Source: Adineta vaga
Taxonomy: Eukaryota; Animalia; Rotifera
Assembly (NCBI GenBank): GCA_021613535.1
Contig: CP075492.1
Coordinates: 8,866,001-8,930,000 of the forward strand
Direction: 5' to 3'
Length of the DNA: 64,000 nucleotides
Shown: positions 13,943-27,982 of the stretch, piece by piece
Position numbering within the stretch: position 1 is the stretch's first letter
Layout of the letters: every line of letters begins with the position of its first letter
The notes under the pieces: generated by a model
What the model saw: only the letters and a program-made list of their open reading frames with translations
The model's database searches: none
What the model was told of the DNA's origin: nothing
Translations under genes and position numbers: made by a program

Positions 13943-14636
13943 CTGATACAACTTTAGCACTATATCGTTCAATATCAACTAGAAGACAAAGATAAATATG
14001 ATTATATTTATTAAAAAGATGTGATATCATTCACAAAGTATCAATAGAATTGATAAGAAAAAGATTTAAACGAACAATATCGTACAAAACAGAAAGTCTA
14101 GTAGAACTCAATAGACGAAAGGCAAGGTGGATGTTTTGTTTATTTACCTTTTCATGTTAAAAATAGAATGCACCAATAGTAAATAAAGAAGAACCTCCGA
14201 ATTGAAGAGATGTCGCCTACTTACCTCACCAATTAGTTTTAAGCATAGCGCTAGTTTTATCTTCCTTATGATTGCATGCTTACTAGCCAATACAAATTCC
14301 AAGAGAGAAATACAATACAATACATTCAACGACAGCTAGAAGCAAAATCGTATTAAACGAAAAAGCATTGAGTAGAATATCAAATATTTAGCGTTATTTG
14401 TGTATAAAGACTGTTCTCTCAAATTCATTGAGTAAATTTCATTTCCAATTCAATTTATTGACCAAAGAAAGAAAAACAATTCATTGAAATCGAATAATCA
14501 ATCGTACACGATTTATACAATGTGCATAAACAGATATCAGACGAGACAAAAAGAAAACCCGAAAAAGAAAAGAAAATTATTTCTTACATCGTCTTGATAC
14601 AAGACATTTCGAAACGAACGATACAAATTCTCAGTT

Positions 14637-15814
14637 TCATTCTCTCATTAATTCAATAACAAAGTTAAATGCAACGTGTTCGTTCAATGGAAAAGTTCGT
14701 TTAACAACTACTTGATAGCAATTCATAATAAAATTACTCAAGACTAATTTTCCACGTGGTAATCGTAATTGATAACCCATTTGTTTACAATCTGGATTGG
14801 GTATACGTTCAATAATTGTTTGATTAATACCATCATATACATATAATGTTGCTTGTCGAGCACGTATCGTATTAAATGAACGAAAAGCACGTTGACAAGT
14901 AAACCAAAATGATGCGCAATCTGTTGAGAATTGTGCATTCGCTTGAAATATTAAACCTTTATAAGTTAATTTATTATCTTTACGACCATTCAATACTATT
15001 GTATGTCGATTGGGATCATAATATGAACGATCATCAACTATATAAAACAAAAATAATCTTTAACATAAAGAAATCTTTGACTACATACCATAGATATGTT
15101 TAAGTTCATAGTTTAATTCTGTTGGATCATCGATTAAACATAGTGAACGTGCAAGAAATGCTTTCTTGAATTTTTCATTCAATTGTGATTTAGCTACACA
15201 AGATATTAGATGACGTTTTTCTACATCACCTGTAAGTGATAATAATTTTGTACGTAGTAATGTTAAAATTTTAATAAAATATTCATCTGGTAAACCAAGA
15301 AACATCATACCATTCAATAAATCATCATAAAATAATAGTTGTTGTGGACTTTGTTGTAGATTTTCATCCGCATATAACAAATCTATACATGTCAATAGCG
15401 TTTTTTCTGTAAAATTAAATGTACAATGATATTCATTGAGATAACATTGTTGACTTGAATCGTATGTAGATTCCGGTTGATTATATTTGAAAAATAAACG
15501 AAAATATATTGATGATGCACTCAAGACAAGACGATGACATAGAACAGAAGATGATAAACCATTGCATATGTAAACAAGACGACAGTCGCAACAATGACGA
15601 GCCGTTAAATATGAACGAAGTTTCGAACTTAAACCAATCGACATAGATGATGGAGATAAATCTTAAGAAAACAAATTTAGTCATTATTATTCTAAATATA
15701 CCTCAAGTAATCTTCTTTCAAGTAAAACATACCGAGATCTTCTTCATCTTGAAATAACATTGAATTTTTTCGTTCTGTAGTGGTTGTTTGTGTTTTGGTG
15801 TTTACAACTTGCAT
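14637..15814 (-). CDS. BTB/POZ domain protein with uncharacterised C-terminal domain, 3 exons
   Basis: Exon 1 MQVVNTK..QDEEDL (15814-15734), then CDCRLV..LCHRLVLSASSIYFRLFF..CIDLLY BTB signature; last exon 14637-~15038. Confidence 0.75.
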
Positions 15815-18360
15815 TCTTTTTTCTTTCTAAATTATGTCTTTTCCACTCGTTGTTGCTTTATCCAAAGATACAGATGACCGATGACGTTCAATATACACCA
15901 ACCAGTCAGTATGAACTATTTTTTCTTGTTGTTATCGGTGGTGTGTGATGTAAAAGCAAGAGAACAGTCAAACATATTGTTCACGATAGACGGCAACTAA
16001 CTGACTGATACATATTCGTTTATGGATAGAACAGTCGATCGTGTCTGTATGTATGCATACATAAATCTTTCTATACATGCAATTGAAAACATAAGAATGA
16101 AAAAAAAAACAGAAAACATCTTTCAGTCCGTCAATGTTTATCGTCGTTTCGTCTTGTTTTTCTTTTCTGTATAAATTCGACGCATCAAGTGAATTGTAAA
16201 TATGTTAATATAACTTGGAAATAAGATTAAATCAATACTAATTTGCAAAGTATTTGAAATTCCGTCGATAAAATCCTCCAAATCATAATCATTATTGTTT
16301 TCATCCATAATTGATGTCGTACTATTCTAAAGTTATAAATCAGCGTTTATGTCACACGTTATGCATTCATGTGTGACCTTTGAATGCAGTGAATGATCCA
16401 GAAAATATCGTAGATAGTCACAGAAAGAAAGCAACGAAAAGTAATCTCTTAAACTGATTTATTGAATAGTTCGAATGTACCAAAGAAATGAGAACTATCA
16501 TTTTCTGTTAGTCAATAGCAAACCGACAGATTGTGTACAACTCTATTGAATATAATCAGTTTCGAAATGTGCTACTTATAACATAAGAGTTTAAATTTAG
16601 TCCTTGTCAAGTTGTCAATACATCATTCCATAGAAAGAACACAAGAATATACACGTCATTATGCAATATTTTGAGATATGATAGGTTTATGGATTATACA
16701 AAGTTGACCACGTATGCTCTGAATAGAACTGTTTTGTTATAGTTATACTGTTGATAAATTATTGTGCTTCTGTAAGCAAATCTAAGACTATAGTAAAAAT
16801 TCAATATGATTCAAATCAATATTGTTTTCTAACCGAATCCATTGAATACTCGTTTATAAGTTTAGTCTTGTACTGCTTTTATGAATGATGAACAGTAACA
16901 ATCAGTATCCATATTAGTAGATAGTAAATTGCTATTTATCTTCGAAATTAGATATGATACAACTTCAAGTAGTTCTGAATTACATATTTCATCTATGAGA
17001 AATGTCGACACGCATCAGAAAGTATATAGATTAACGACTTTGTTTGCTATCGTTGGATATGATGATTGTCAACTGTTGAACACTATCGAACTGAATCAAT
17101 CATAATAAATTAGTATTAAATTAATGCTAGAAAACATATTAATCGAGTCAAAATACAAAATCTAACAGATTTCTGTGTTCTACGTATGTACTATTTGAAA
17201 TTTTTGCTTTTCGAAGTTTCAAATCTAATCCAACTACATTATAACTAACATAAATAATTATTCAGTAAGATATCTATCAATACTAAAATATTGAGTCTAT
17301 TCGAAATCTTGTTACAGTTCAATGAACCAATTGATGACTGCATGTCAATTGTTGTTTACCGATCTATCTATTTTTAGATCATATAGCTTAACCAATATAG
17401 GTATAATTATATGGTTGAAAATTTCCAACATAGACGACATATTCGTCACGTATTTGTCACAAATCAACAAAAATATTAGTCTTAATGTATCGATAGTAGT
17501 TTACCTTTTTATATATTTCTATTGTATTGTAGCTATGCCATGGAGCATAATTGTACGAAACGCGAACATGTATCTAATCGAATAGCATTACTTTGTTAGC
17601 TGTTTTCATCTTGTCCAAAATTAGTTCATTCTATAACTTAATGTGTTTTGATAGATCAAAGACTCAAAACGTAGGAATACGAGTGTCAGTTATTGATAAA
17701 TGAATTCAAAGTTGTGAGAAAAATATTGGCATAATGGAATACTTTTATTTTGATATGTCTTTGTATTATATTTCGTTTTATCGGTAGTTGAAATTACTTC
17801 AGAACTGAATTGATTTTGCAAGATAAAAAGCGATCGATCCAATCTTGAAAGATACGATCAATAAAATATATCCTTTTCATTCTATGATTTTATATCGTTC
17901 TTTAGTAAGAAAAAAATCGTTAACTTCATAGTCATTTTGTTGAATTAATACGCAGTGAAAACCATCTTAAATGATATCTCTACAGTAGATGCGACAATGA
18001 AACGGATCCGATAATATTTATGAATCATTAAATCTACATCATTCGATCGTACCTGATTTGAACAGACTCGTATATAGAGACAGAAAAAACACTATTACAG
18101 TTATATTTTTGTCCCGATAAATACATACTTTCGATCATTATTTAAAACGACTGATTCATATCAATAAAATCTAATGAAACGTATGTAAGAACAAAAATAT
18201 GTACTATGATTGTATTGTATTGTTCCTCCGGTATATCCCAACATACATTGCACGCCGCTTGTGAGTTTAATGTTTACCTGTTTAGATAATAAGATAATTT
18301 ATGATTTACTTCCTTTTTTTTGAATCACTGATCCGTAACGAGGCCGTCTCAAGATTTGTG

Positions 18361-18368
18361 TATATAAG
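18361..18368 (+). promoter_or_regulatory. TATA box of the 140-aa orphan gene
   Basis: TATATAAG 49 bp upstream of the ATG at 18410; AATAAA downstream near 18894. Confidence 0.5.
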
Positions 18369-18409
18369 ACATATACTACCTTCTTTCAAACTAGTAAATA
18401 AAAACACAA

Positions 18410-18832
18410 ATGGCTTCTCCTTTTATTGATCCTTCACAAAGACGTCGTCGTCGACGAAATCATGCTTCTCAACCATCGGTAGCACAATATGAACATGGAA
18501 TTCATAATAATTACAACAATGGACGACAAGCAGCAGCTTATCCTGGGCTATCTGCTGGATTTGGTTACCCATTGGGTGATGTTGTTCGTCCTGTAGGTAT
18601 AACAGGCATGCCGTTCTATACTACCCCTCGTAGATATGCTTATGGTAACATTAGTACAGGAAATTATCAACCCTTTAATGGAAACAGAGGTAGTGGTGGT
18701 GTTCAGTACGCTAGTCGCCCTCCTCAATATTATCGCGAAGTTGAAATTGATCAACCTGCTACAAGTGGCCCAACTGTAAATTTTGATGCGCCTATCGCTG
18801 CTATGAACGTTCCTGCCTTTAGCGCTTTTTAA
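18410..18832 (+). CDS. Intronless 140-aa Tyr/Gly/Pro/Asn-rich low-complexity protein, unknown function
   Basis: ORF more GC-rich than its flanks, good ATG context (acaaaATGG), TATA and polyA signals; poly-Arg stretch. Confidence 0.65.
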   Translation: MASPFIDPSQRRRRRRNHASQPSVAQYEHGIHNNYNNGRQAAAYPGLSAGFGYPLGDVVRPVGITGMPFYTTPRRYAYGNISTGNYQPFNGNRGSGGVQYASRPPQYYREVEIDQPATSGPTVNFDAPIAAMNVPAFSAF

Positions 18833-20230
18833 AATTAACGTTTTGAGTGTTGATAAACATTTTTTGTACAACATTCTGTTCAACTAAATTTTCAATAAAT
18901 AACAGAAAACAGTATATGTTATATATGTTTATCCTTTTCTATATTTTGTCTTATGTTTTATGCATTATCGATTGTGTCATTACATACGAATGAAAAACAC
19001 GATAGGAATATCCCGGAATTTGTCAAGATGAAAATACTAATAACTCGAGTTTTTACTCGATCGATTATAATAATTTACTTTTATTCTAATTAATGTGCAA
19101 AAATGGTCATTCAGTCATAAAAAATTATTTTGTATGCGTTTTTGATATATAAGAAATTATAGCAACAGCTACAAACACCTAGTAACTAATGTTACCCTTC
19201 GGAATGTGAAAAACAAAGATTAGTTTTCATCATTAGTGAATCAAATATATGTTTTTAGAGCTATTATTGGCAAAGAAAAAATGTGGTTCGAGAGAACTGG
19301 TTGAAGATATCTATTATGCCTTCTCATTTATTCAAAAATATCATAAATAGCTATGTTTTTCCTCCACAAATTAGTTTGTATACAATTTGATATTTCGTTA
19401 AAATCATTGAATGAAGCGTGAAACGATGAAATATGAATTACGATCATATTCATACTAGTGAACGATTTTCAGATCATTCTTTCCAGATTTTTCGTAATTG
19501 GTTTGTTACATTGTTCTAAAACTATTCCAGAAACCAAAACTTTCTTTTTCATATTTCTCATCTCCAGTTAAATATGATTCATATGAATTTAATGAAATTT
19601 TATAACTTTTAATTGCCTTTTTCCAGAAACGAAGTAATGGAAATATAATCCAACCGATATTTCTCTAAGTGTTGGATTGAAATAATTTCTTTAAACGTCA
19701 CAGTAATTTCAGGATGTATTGACAGATTCTCACTCGATTGTTCAAAACGAATATTTGATATATGTTTTTATATGGCAAAATTAAAAATATACGACGTTTG
19801 GTTTACGAGAGGGTAATTTACAAAAGTTGATAATAGTTTTCGAAAAGAGAATCGATACATAAGCTGAAGGTAGAATGTATGTTTTCAAGGGTAACTTATC
19901 GTTATCAGTGACGTAAAATGTAAGATGAATAACTATGACACAATAAGAGTAAACTTATTGAATAGATTAGAATAAAAGTATTTCAAAAAAAACAAACGAT
20001 AAGAAATATAATAAGTGAAGCAAAAATAATTAAACAGATCATAAGAATAACACATATTAAACGACGATGATATTTGTCCATCATTTTTAAAGATTTATTT
20101 ATATACGATGAAAAGAATTAAATGATTTAATTAGAAAAGTTTTTATAAAAATCGTTATAACAAAGTATGGAATAGAAATTTCATTGAATAAATGTTAGAG
20201 ATGAAACGATTTGATTGTTGAAGATAATAT

Positions 20231-20395
20231 CTATTTGAGAATAATCCAAAAAGCATGAATAATACCGATAATATAAAATCCTAAAATGGTTAAGATTAAA
20301 TTTATTAAGACTTGATTATTGCATGCATTTTGATGCAAATAAACAGCCAATGGTGGAATAAAAAAGGCAAGAATAAGTAATATAATATCGGCCAT
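20231..20395 (-). CDS. PMP3/RCI2 (UPF0057) two-helix proteolipid, 54 aa, not in ORF track
   Basis: Translates to MADIILLILAFFIPPLAVYLHQNACNNQVLINLILTILGFYIIGIIHAFWIILK*; carries the family motifs ILA..PPLAV, LINLILTILG and GIIHA.W. Confidence 0.9.
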   Translation of the reverse strand: MADIILLILAFFIPPLAVYLHQNACNNQVLINLILTILGFYIIGIIHAFWIILK

Positions 20396-21708
20396 ATTTC
20401 AGCTGTTTTAAGAAGAGCGCTTGTTTAACAACGAATTGTCTATTTGAATAAACGAAATGCAACTAAACTCAATATATAAATATGAATAGTTGTTTTTTTT
20501 TCTTATCAATTCTTCTTTTTGTAGTATCATCGAATGTGGGGGAGAGAGAGAAAGATCCAACGATTAGGCACAGTGAAGATATTTTTGACGATAAAAGAAA
20601 ACATGCAAAAATGTCTTTTTCAAAGATAATTGTGCATGACCATATACTCGCCTGCTTCACTCATACTATTGTCGTAATACCGGCAATAAAAAATAGAAAA
20701 TATTTTTATGAAAAGGAAATATTACTTATCTACTTGAGCGAATCAAATTAAATGACTAATTAATCACGCTGAGTTTTACGTGCATCATTAAAAACGAACA
20801 AATTGCATATGAATAACTCAAAAGTCGTTCGATTATTCTTGCCGATAATTTCGTTTGAATACTATGAAAGATTTCTATGCTTATAATGATTGACTTTAAC
20901 ACTGACTTATATATATGAAATCTTCCATAGAACATATTAGATTATAACGATTCATAGAACATGATATGTCTTAATTCTCTATTAGTAATAGCAGATAACG
21001 AATAAAGTTGTACCTAGTCATCGTTTAGCCTATAGGCAAATCCATTGACACTAGAGAGAACTTATCATTGACTATATTGATGAAGTCGATCAAAGCTTTG
21101 GAAAAAAAAGAAAAGAAATGTATTGAATTATATTACTGATTTACGATAAAGCTTATCGAAGTTAAGTGTTGTTATTTTTCAATTGAGTTTTATTCCTGAT
21201 TATAAATTGTAGAATAATACCGTAGTAAAAGAACTGATGTATTAATTCAAACATTATCGTTACTTTCTTCTTTGGGTATAACAACTTCCAAAGGGAAAGA
21301 ATTTGAGATTTTTAACTCAGAAAGTCATCCCTCACGAGAGCATACTACTATGTAGTATTTGGTTACATTCATCCTATACTAGCAAGAAACTCTATTTACT
21401 CTATGAATCGTTCAAGTTGCATTCATTAATATGATAAGATTTATTTTGAGGGTGTTGTGATTAGTTGAAAATACGTATATGTTTGGTATATGTAAAAGAA
21501 AAACACAGATATGGATTGGTATAAAAAAAATATTTGTTTCAATTACTACAAATATTACACAACACTGAAAAACAACTGAACACGAAGCGTACCGAAGATG
21601 TTTCACCGATAAACAATACAAAAATAAATCGAAGTTTGTAGTGCAACAAAATATAATATGTTATCTTACGATAGATTAATAGAACAAAGAAATGAAAACC
21701 GGTTTGAA

Positions 21709-23391
21709 TCAATGTTTGACTCGTTTACGTCTTCCACTGGCATAAGTACTTTCGGAAGGTGCTGTAGTGCTTTCTGTTGCTGGATTTTCTTCTACATCCT
21801 CGCATACAGCACGTTTACTGGTGTTAACTATTGGAGGTGTTACGATGACATGCGAAGGATACATAATACTATCCACTCGTTTCGTATTGTCACGATCATC
21901 AGCTAACCATGGATGTTGAAGAACATCGTCCATTGTTAAACGTTTTGCTGGATCAGTGCACATCATTTTTCGGATAAGATCTTTTACCGATTCTGACACA
22001 TCGGACCAAAATTCATTAGGAAATGTATAAAGACCCTGAATAATTTGATCATTTAAAGGTGTGCCACTAATCGATTCACTAAATGGTGGATAACCAACTA
22101 GAAATAGATAGAAGATACGAAATAGAATCAAGAAAAACCAAGTCTTTTCCTTACCTAAACAAATATATAGAATCACACCTAAACTCCAAACATCAACTTT
22201 ATTTGTATAACTTGCTTCACCACGAGTTGAAAGAACTTCTGGTGCTGTAAAATAAAAATGTTGTTTTTTCTAGAAAATATATATTCTTTCTGTTACCCAG
22301 ATAATTTGGTGTACCACAAAATGTTTTCATCAATGATGTTTCATTAATAAATCTTGATAAACCGAAATCTGTAATTTTCACCAATGTTTCATTCGTATCT
22401 GGTAATGTTAATAGAACATTTTCTGGTTTTAAATCACGATGTGTTATCGAACGATCATGTAAATATTTAACTCCAAGACACATTTGTCGAAAGAGAAATT
22501 TACTTGTTGCTTCATCAAATTGAGCATTAGCTACGATACGATCAAATAATTCTCCACCTTCGACTAATTCAAGAATAATATAAACAGCATTTGAAGTATC
22601 ATAAATATCATATACACGAATGATACATGGATGATCAAGTTCTTGTAAAATTTTACATTCTGATTGAATTTGTTGATTAAATGAATGAGCTTGAGCACCC
22701 AATATTGTAAAATGTTTTTTCGCGATAATTTTCATTGCAAATCGATTGCATGTACCTAAGCAACAGGATGAATTTCACTAGGAAAAGGAATGAATTTCTC
22801 ATACCTCGAATAAAACATAATTTAACTTCTCCATATGCACCACGTCCAATTTCTTTTGATACAATATATTTTTCTCTTACAACATCAGGTATTGAACTAT
22901 CTTCTTTAGCATTTGTATCAATATAAACATAAACACGATTTGTTTTTGATGCTAAAGCAATTTCTGCATTATTATCGAGAACATGTTTTTTATTTTTGCC
23001 AATCTTATCTCCATTTACATATGTACCATTTGACGAGAGATCTTGAATATAAACAAAATCTTTTATTGTATCACGAATGATTTTAAAATGGGTCGATGAA
23101 TATGTTGCATAATATTTCGATGTTTGAATTTCTTTTGAATCAAGCATTATGGAACATTTTTTACCACGACCTAATGAGTATTCATTTTCAGTTAAATTAA
23201 TTGAAGGAAAAAGTTTATTTATAGATAAAAGTCGTCCCCAAATGTCTAAAGTTTGTTCGTCATTTTCTTCATCGGGAAATGTGTTGCCTGCTTCACCACA
23301 TTCTTGCGTTATTTGAGTTGGTCCGTCGTTCTATAAAATAGGAAAATGATTTTTAATTCGAATAGAATCAGCTAAACGCAAAACTAACCAT
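21709..23391 (-). CDS. CHEK2: Checkpoint kinase 2 (FHA + Ser/Thr kinase)
   Basis: TQ motifs; WGRL..LGRG..YSSTHF..IQDLSSNGTYVNG FHA domain; IGRGAYGEVKL, AMKII, HRDLKPENVLL, KITDFGLS..SLMKTFCGTPNYL, DVWSLGVILYICL..GYPPFS. Confidence 0.95.
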
Positions 23392-23897
23392 CGATGCTGA
23401 ATATCTTTTGTATAAAACTAAAATACGGCAAACTACTACTCAAATTCAAATTCAAACATGAGTCAGGGTTGCATAAATGCATTCACAACAAGACACGACC
23501 AATAAACATAACTTACGAGTGACATCTGTTTTGAAGAAAAAATATTCTCGTTTAGTTAATGATTTTGCATTTAAAATTCATTGCGAATGTTATTCTATCA
23601 ACATGAATGATCTATACAAAGGAAATATCACATTTTATACGGAAAATAGTGAACGAACCATATCAAACTTTTACATTCATTTTCGAAAACAACTTAATTG
23701 ACATACTTATTATCAAATGAAGTTTTCTCTGGTGATCATGCCTCAAAGAACAGTCGATGTCGAGAGAGAGAGTGTGAAATTTCTCTATGCACTTCTTATC
23801 AGATCATTATGCAATATTTGTGAATTAAAGCATATGGTTTGATTATATACTTAATCACATTGGTTTTATTCTGTTCACATACAGCGAAGTACAAATA

Positions 23898-24616
23898 ATG
23901 AATACGACTTCTCATATATTATCTGTGAATAAATCGATACTTGTTGTTGATGGATTACTTGCAACAAATTATGATTCAACTGGTGAAATTCTCTTCATTA
24001 TTGTTGTTCTAATTTGGTATTCATTGGGTATCGTCTGTATGTTAGGAATGCAAATAAAAGCACGCGATGAAACTGTTGAAGATTGTGCTCGACGTCGTGC
24101 AAAAGTTTTACTTGATACTCTTCGTGATCAAACACATACAAAACAGATACTTGGTATTTAAGACGATGAAGTTTTGAATTGAATTTTCTTTGTTAACTGC
24201 TGTTTCTTTTTTCTTCAGAAGAACTTGTCGATAAACAAAAACGTGGTAAACTTTGGGATATTTATTTAGGTACGAATGAAAATTCTAATGATAAAGTTAT
24301 TCAAGATGATTTACTTCGAATAAGAAATATTCAGAAACAATTAGCTGTTATTAATCAAAATCAAATATTTGCTAATGAAAGTTTAATTTCTTCGACAATA
24401 CATTCAAATTCTCAATCAACCATCATCTCAGATTCAATTACAAATGAAACTCGAGTTCGTATTCGACGTCGTTCATCATTAGATCAACAGATTATTCAAC
24501 GATGGAAAATATTAGTTGAACAATGTAGACGACATGAACAATTACCATGGACAATACAAAAACTGATGATTCGTCGACATTTTCGACGGCATTATAAAAC
24601 AATGTTACAACAATAA
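23898..24616 (+). CDS. Single-pass membrane protein of unknown function, 2 exons
   Basis: TM segment ILFIIVVLIWYSLGIVCMLGM; intron 24154-24218; exon 2 EELVDKQKRGKLWDIYLG..RRRSSLDQQIIQRWK.. ends TAA at 24616. Confidence 0.7.
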
Positions 24617-25340
24617 TAGTTACAAAAAAGAACATTGTCAATATTTTGTTTTTCATTTTCTTCACAAATAAAAATCTAGTATAGATCTTGTTCAAATACA
24701 AATAGATAGTTTAAAGTGACTTCTCTGGAGTATATTTTCAAAATGACTATAACTATATTTAACTGATAAGTAAAATAATACTGTTGATTTAGGATTTAAT
24801 CTTCTGTCGAAAAGAGATTCAATGATCAAATTACGTCGTTTTTTTATTTTCTTTAGCGAAAAAATCTTATTGATTCGTCCTTAAAGAATAGCTTAATTCT
24901 ATTGTCTTTTGACGATATGACGTCATTTAAAACATGATAGAAAAAAGAAAAAAAAACGAACGAACGCAGACAAATTGATTAAAACAAAAAAAACCGGTCG
25001 TATTCGTTTTGTTATCAATTTTATTTTTTTTTATTGTAATTTTTTCATCTTATTCAACTACACCTACATTCTTCATAGATCCTTTCATTGCATGCTGATA
25101 TCAGGAAGACAGAATATTCTGGTCGAAGTTCATTTGTGGTTTGTCGGTTGAGAGAAATATATATATATAGATAAGGATTCTATGCAAATAGATGAGAGAG
25201 ATTTTTCTTGATGTACTGATTCATTCTTTCAAGATGTGTAGCAAAGTCCTTTCTCAGTTCGCTTTTTGAATATAGAAGCGTAATCATTATTTACTTAATG
25301 AAAAACAAATCTAAAACATATTTTGATCTAATTTTCAGAT

Positions 25341-27399
25341 GTGGAAAAGAAGACAATGAGATCAGAATCAACGGCATCTCCCGATGTGGTTTCTCCACAT
25401 TCATCATTACCATTTCTTCATCGTTATTATATCATTTTAAAAGCACATTATTTTCTCTTTTTTTCCGCTTTTGGTATCATCTATCCAATATTAAATATAA
25501 CATTACGTGATCGTGGTTTGTCAAATACGGAATTATCCTATATTAATATCGGTATTCCATTTTTAGTCTTCTTTACTAATACATTACTAGGTTATATTGC
25601 TGATCTTACACGTCGTTATCGATTAATATTTAATTGTATTCTGACAGCGGGTGCAATTGCTTGTATTCTTATATTTGTAATTCCACCTGTTAAATCACAT
25701 AATATACAAGCTGATCTGATCTATGATCGTCAACTAGGACAAGTATTAGAATTTTGTGCTAGTCAAGAAGTAGCAACAAAATGTGCTTCAAGAACAGGAT
25801 GTGGATGTTCCTATCAAGCAAATTGTACTCTTGTTGATACACCTTATCAAAGAAATACGAATCAAATAAAAAGTTTTATATTTGAATTTTCTATGACTTC
25901 CAATAATGTTTCCAAAGAAATCAAAGATGTAAATGGTTTATCTGTACAACGATCTTGCGGACTTCAGTATCGAGTACCGGTCAATCAAGCAGTACAATTG
26001 TATACTTTACGAAACCAAATGATTGGTAGAAATAATTTTAATCCAAACCGATTTTCTTCTCAGGACCTTTCATTTCGTTCAGCAGTATGCGAAATAACTT
26101 GTTCCATGGCACATTTTTGTCATGGGCCACGCTATACTAATCAAGCACGTTTTATTGTTCTCTATTTACTTTTATTCGTTTTGGGAGCTAATTTTCTGAC
26201 AAATGCCATTCCTCTTGGTGTTGCAATTGGTTTCGCTAGTTTACATCGTCCAGATATTTTTGGAAAACAACGTGTTTGGGGAACAATAGGTTTTGGTATT
26301 TCAGCATTCCTTGCTAGTCGTTTATACGAAATTTTTCAAACAGAATATGTTTATATAATATTTTTTATTATTATCAGTATTCTTTGCATGTTTTTTACAA
26401 GTTTTATTCGTATTCAACCAGACAAACGAAGACGTCGGGTAACAGTCGATGAAGCTCTTGCCGAAGATGATGGTCAAGTCAAGAAGAAAAAATCTCGATT
26501 TCAAGCAGCTGAACTTTTCCCACTATTAAAACGAATTGATGTCATTGTATTTCTTTCCTTAGCTTTCATTTGGGGAATGTCATATGGAGTTCTCGATCCA
26601 GTAAGTATAAATACAGAACAAAATCAAAATCGTGATCATTAATTTCAATTTTAGTATCTTTATTTATACGTTGATGAAATTGCACCATGTCAATCACGTT
26701 CTATTGTCGGTTATATGTCATTAGTATCAGCTATAGCAGAAGTTATTGCTCTTTTCTTTGCCGAAAAAGTATTGAAAGTATTAGGCACAAATCTTGCTTC
26801 AGTTATTATTTTATTGTCTTTTACTGCCCGATTCTGTGGATATTATTTTATTCGTCAACCATCTTTTCTACCATTCGTAGAAACTATGCATTTTTTTAAT
26901 TTTGGTATATTGTATGTTTTGATTATTCAAAAAGCTGGTTCAATTGGTAAGTTTAAAATCGAATACAATTTGTATTTTGTTTTCTTTTGATATATTCTAG
27001 CACCACCAGGTCTATCTAGTACACTTCAAAGTATATCTCTGGGACTCACTTTCGGCCTAGGTAGAATATTTCTTTTATCTTACGAATAGTAACGACACAT
27101 ATTTCATTTAAAAAATAGCTCGTGGTGTTGGATTAATTGCTTCGTCATTTATTTATACACGTTTGGAACAACGTCTTCTTTTCTTAATCTTTGCTATATT
27201 TAATTTGATTTGTGCAGTTCTTTATGGTCTTTATTTTATCGTAAGTAGAAAACAATCAAATGAACAAACGAATGAAGCACAGTCTGTTGTCGAAGCTGGT
27301 AAATAATATCATTTTGATAGATTAGAATATTCAGTTCATGTCTTTCTTATAGATATTAAATCCAAGAAAGAACCATTGTTAACATCAACAAGTCAATAA
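25341..27399 (+). CDS. MFS transporter, MFSD6-like, with large Cys-rich luminal loop
   Basis: LKAHYFLFFSAFG..YP, GYIADL..RYR (motif A-like), FGKQRVWGTIGFG, later exons APPGLSSTLQ..GLARGVG; start codon uncertain. Confidence 0.85.
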
Positions 27400-27613
27400 A
27401 AATATCATATAGTCGAAAGAAGAAAACAAACATTTTGATTTAATTCATAAAAACAAAGTACTTTTGTTGATTATGAGATGATTTAAATGAATAATAGTAT
27501 CAATAAACAAAAGAGACTTCTTTTAAATGATATTTTACGAACTGAGAAAATGAGTTAAGAAAGTCTTTTATTGAAAGATAAATTGACAGGATAGTTAAAG
27601 AAAAACCAATCGC

Positions 27614-27982
27614 TCATTTCTTAGCTGGATCAACAGATTTGATTGAATCATTAGTGATTTCAAATATCCAATCTTTCTTGGGCGATGTAACACCATCAAA
27701 TGGTTTCTTCAATTCAATTGTCGAACCATCGAATTTTCGAACACGAACTAACTCCACTGTTTTGTGACATTTTCCATCTGATTCACCATGATTAAATTCT
27801 TTTTCATCAATACGTTCTTCTTCACCTTGTGCTATTTCAATATCAGCAACTTCAGCATGATGATCTTCGATGCCAGCAAAATGTACTTGAACATCGACTT
27901 CAGCATCACTATTGTTTTTGATTATACATGAATAAATAGCTGCTGGTGAACGGAGACCAACTGTACGACTATCTGTAGACAT
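27614..27982 (-). CDS. 122-aa acidic, beta-strand-rich protein of unknown function
   Basis: Clean ORF MSTDSRTVGLRSPAAIYSCIIKNNSDAEVDVQVHF..; ATG directly preceded by a ttttcag acceptor. Confidence 0.75.
   Translation of the reverse strand: MSTDSRTVGLRSPAAIYSCIIKNNSDAEVDVQVHFAGIEDHHAEVADIEIAQGEEERIDEKEFNHGESDGKCHKTVELVRVRKFDGSTIELKKPFDGVTSPKKDWIFEITNDSIKSVDPAKK

Noticed and set aside
16000-18300. Gene-poor stretch, possible transposon relic
   Set aside because: No transposase/RT motifs, terminal repeats or coherent exons found by eye
19191-19895. 9-bp inverted repeat (gttaccctt..aagggtaac) around stop-riddled coding-like sequence
   Set aside because: Too short to call a TIR, with no clear target-site duplication or recognisable protein
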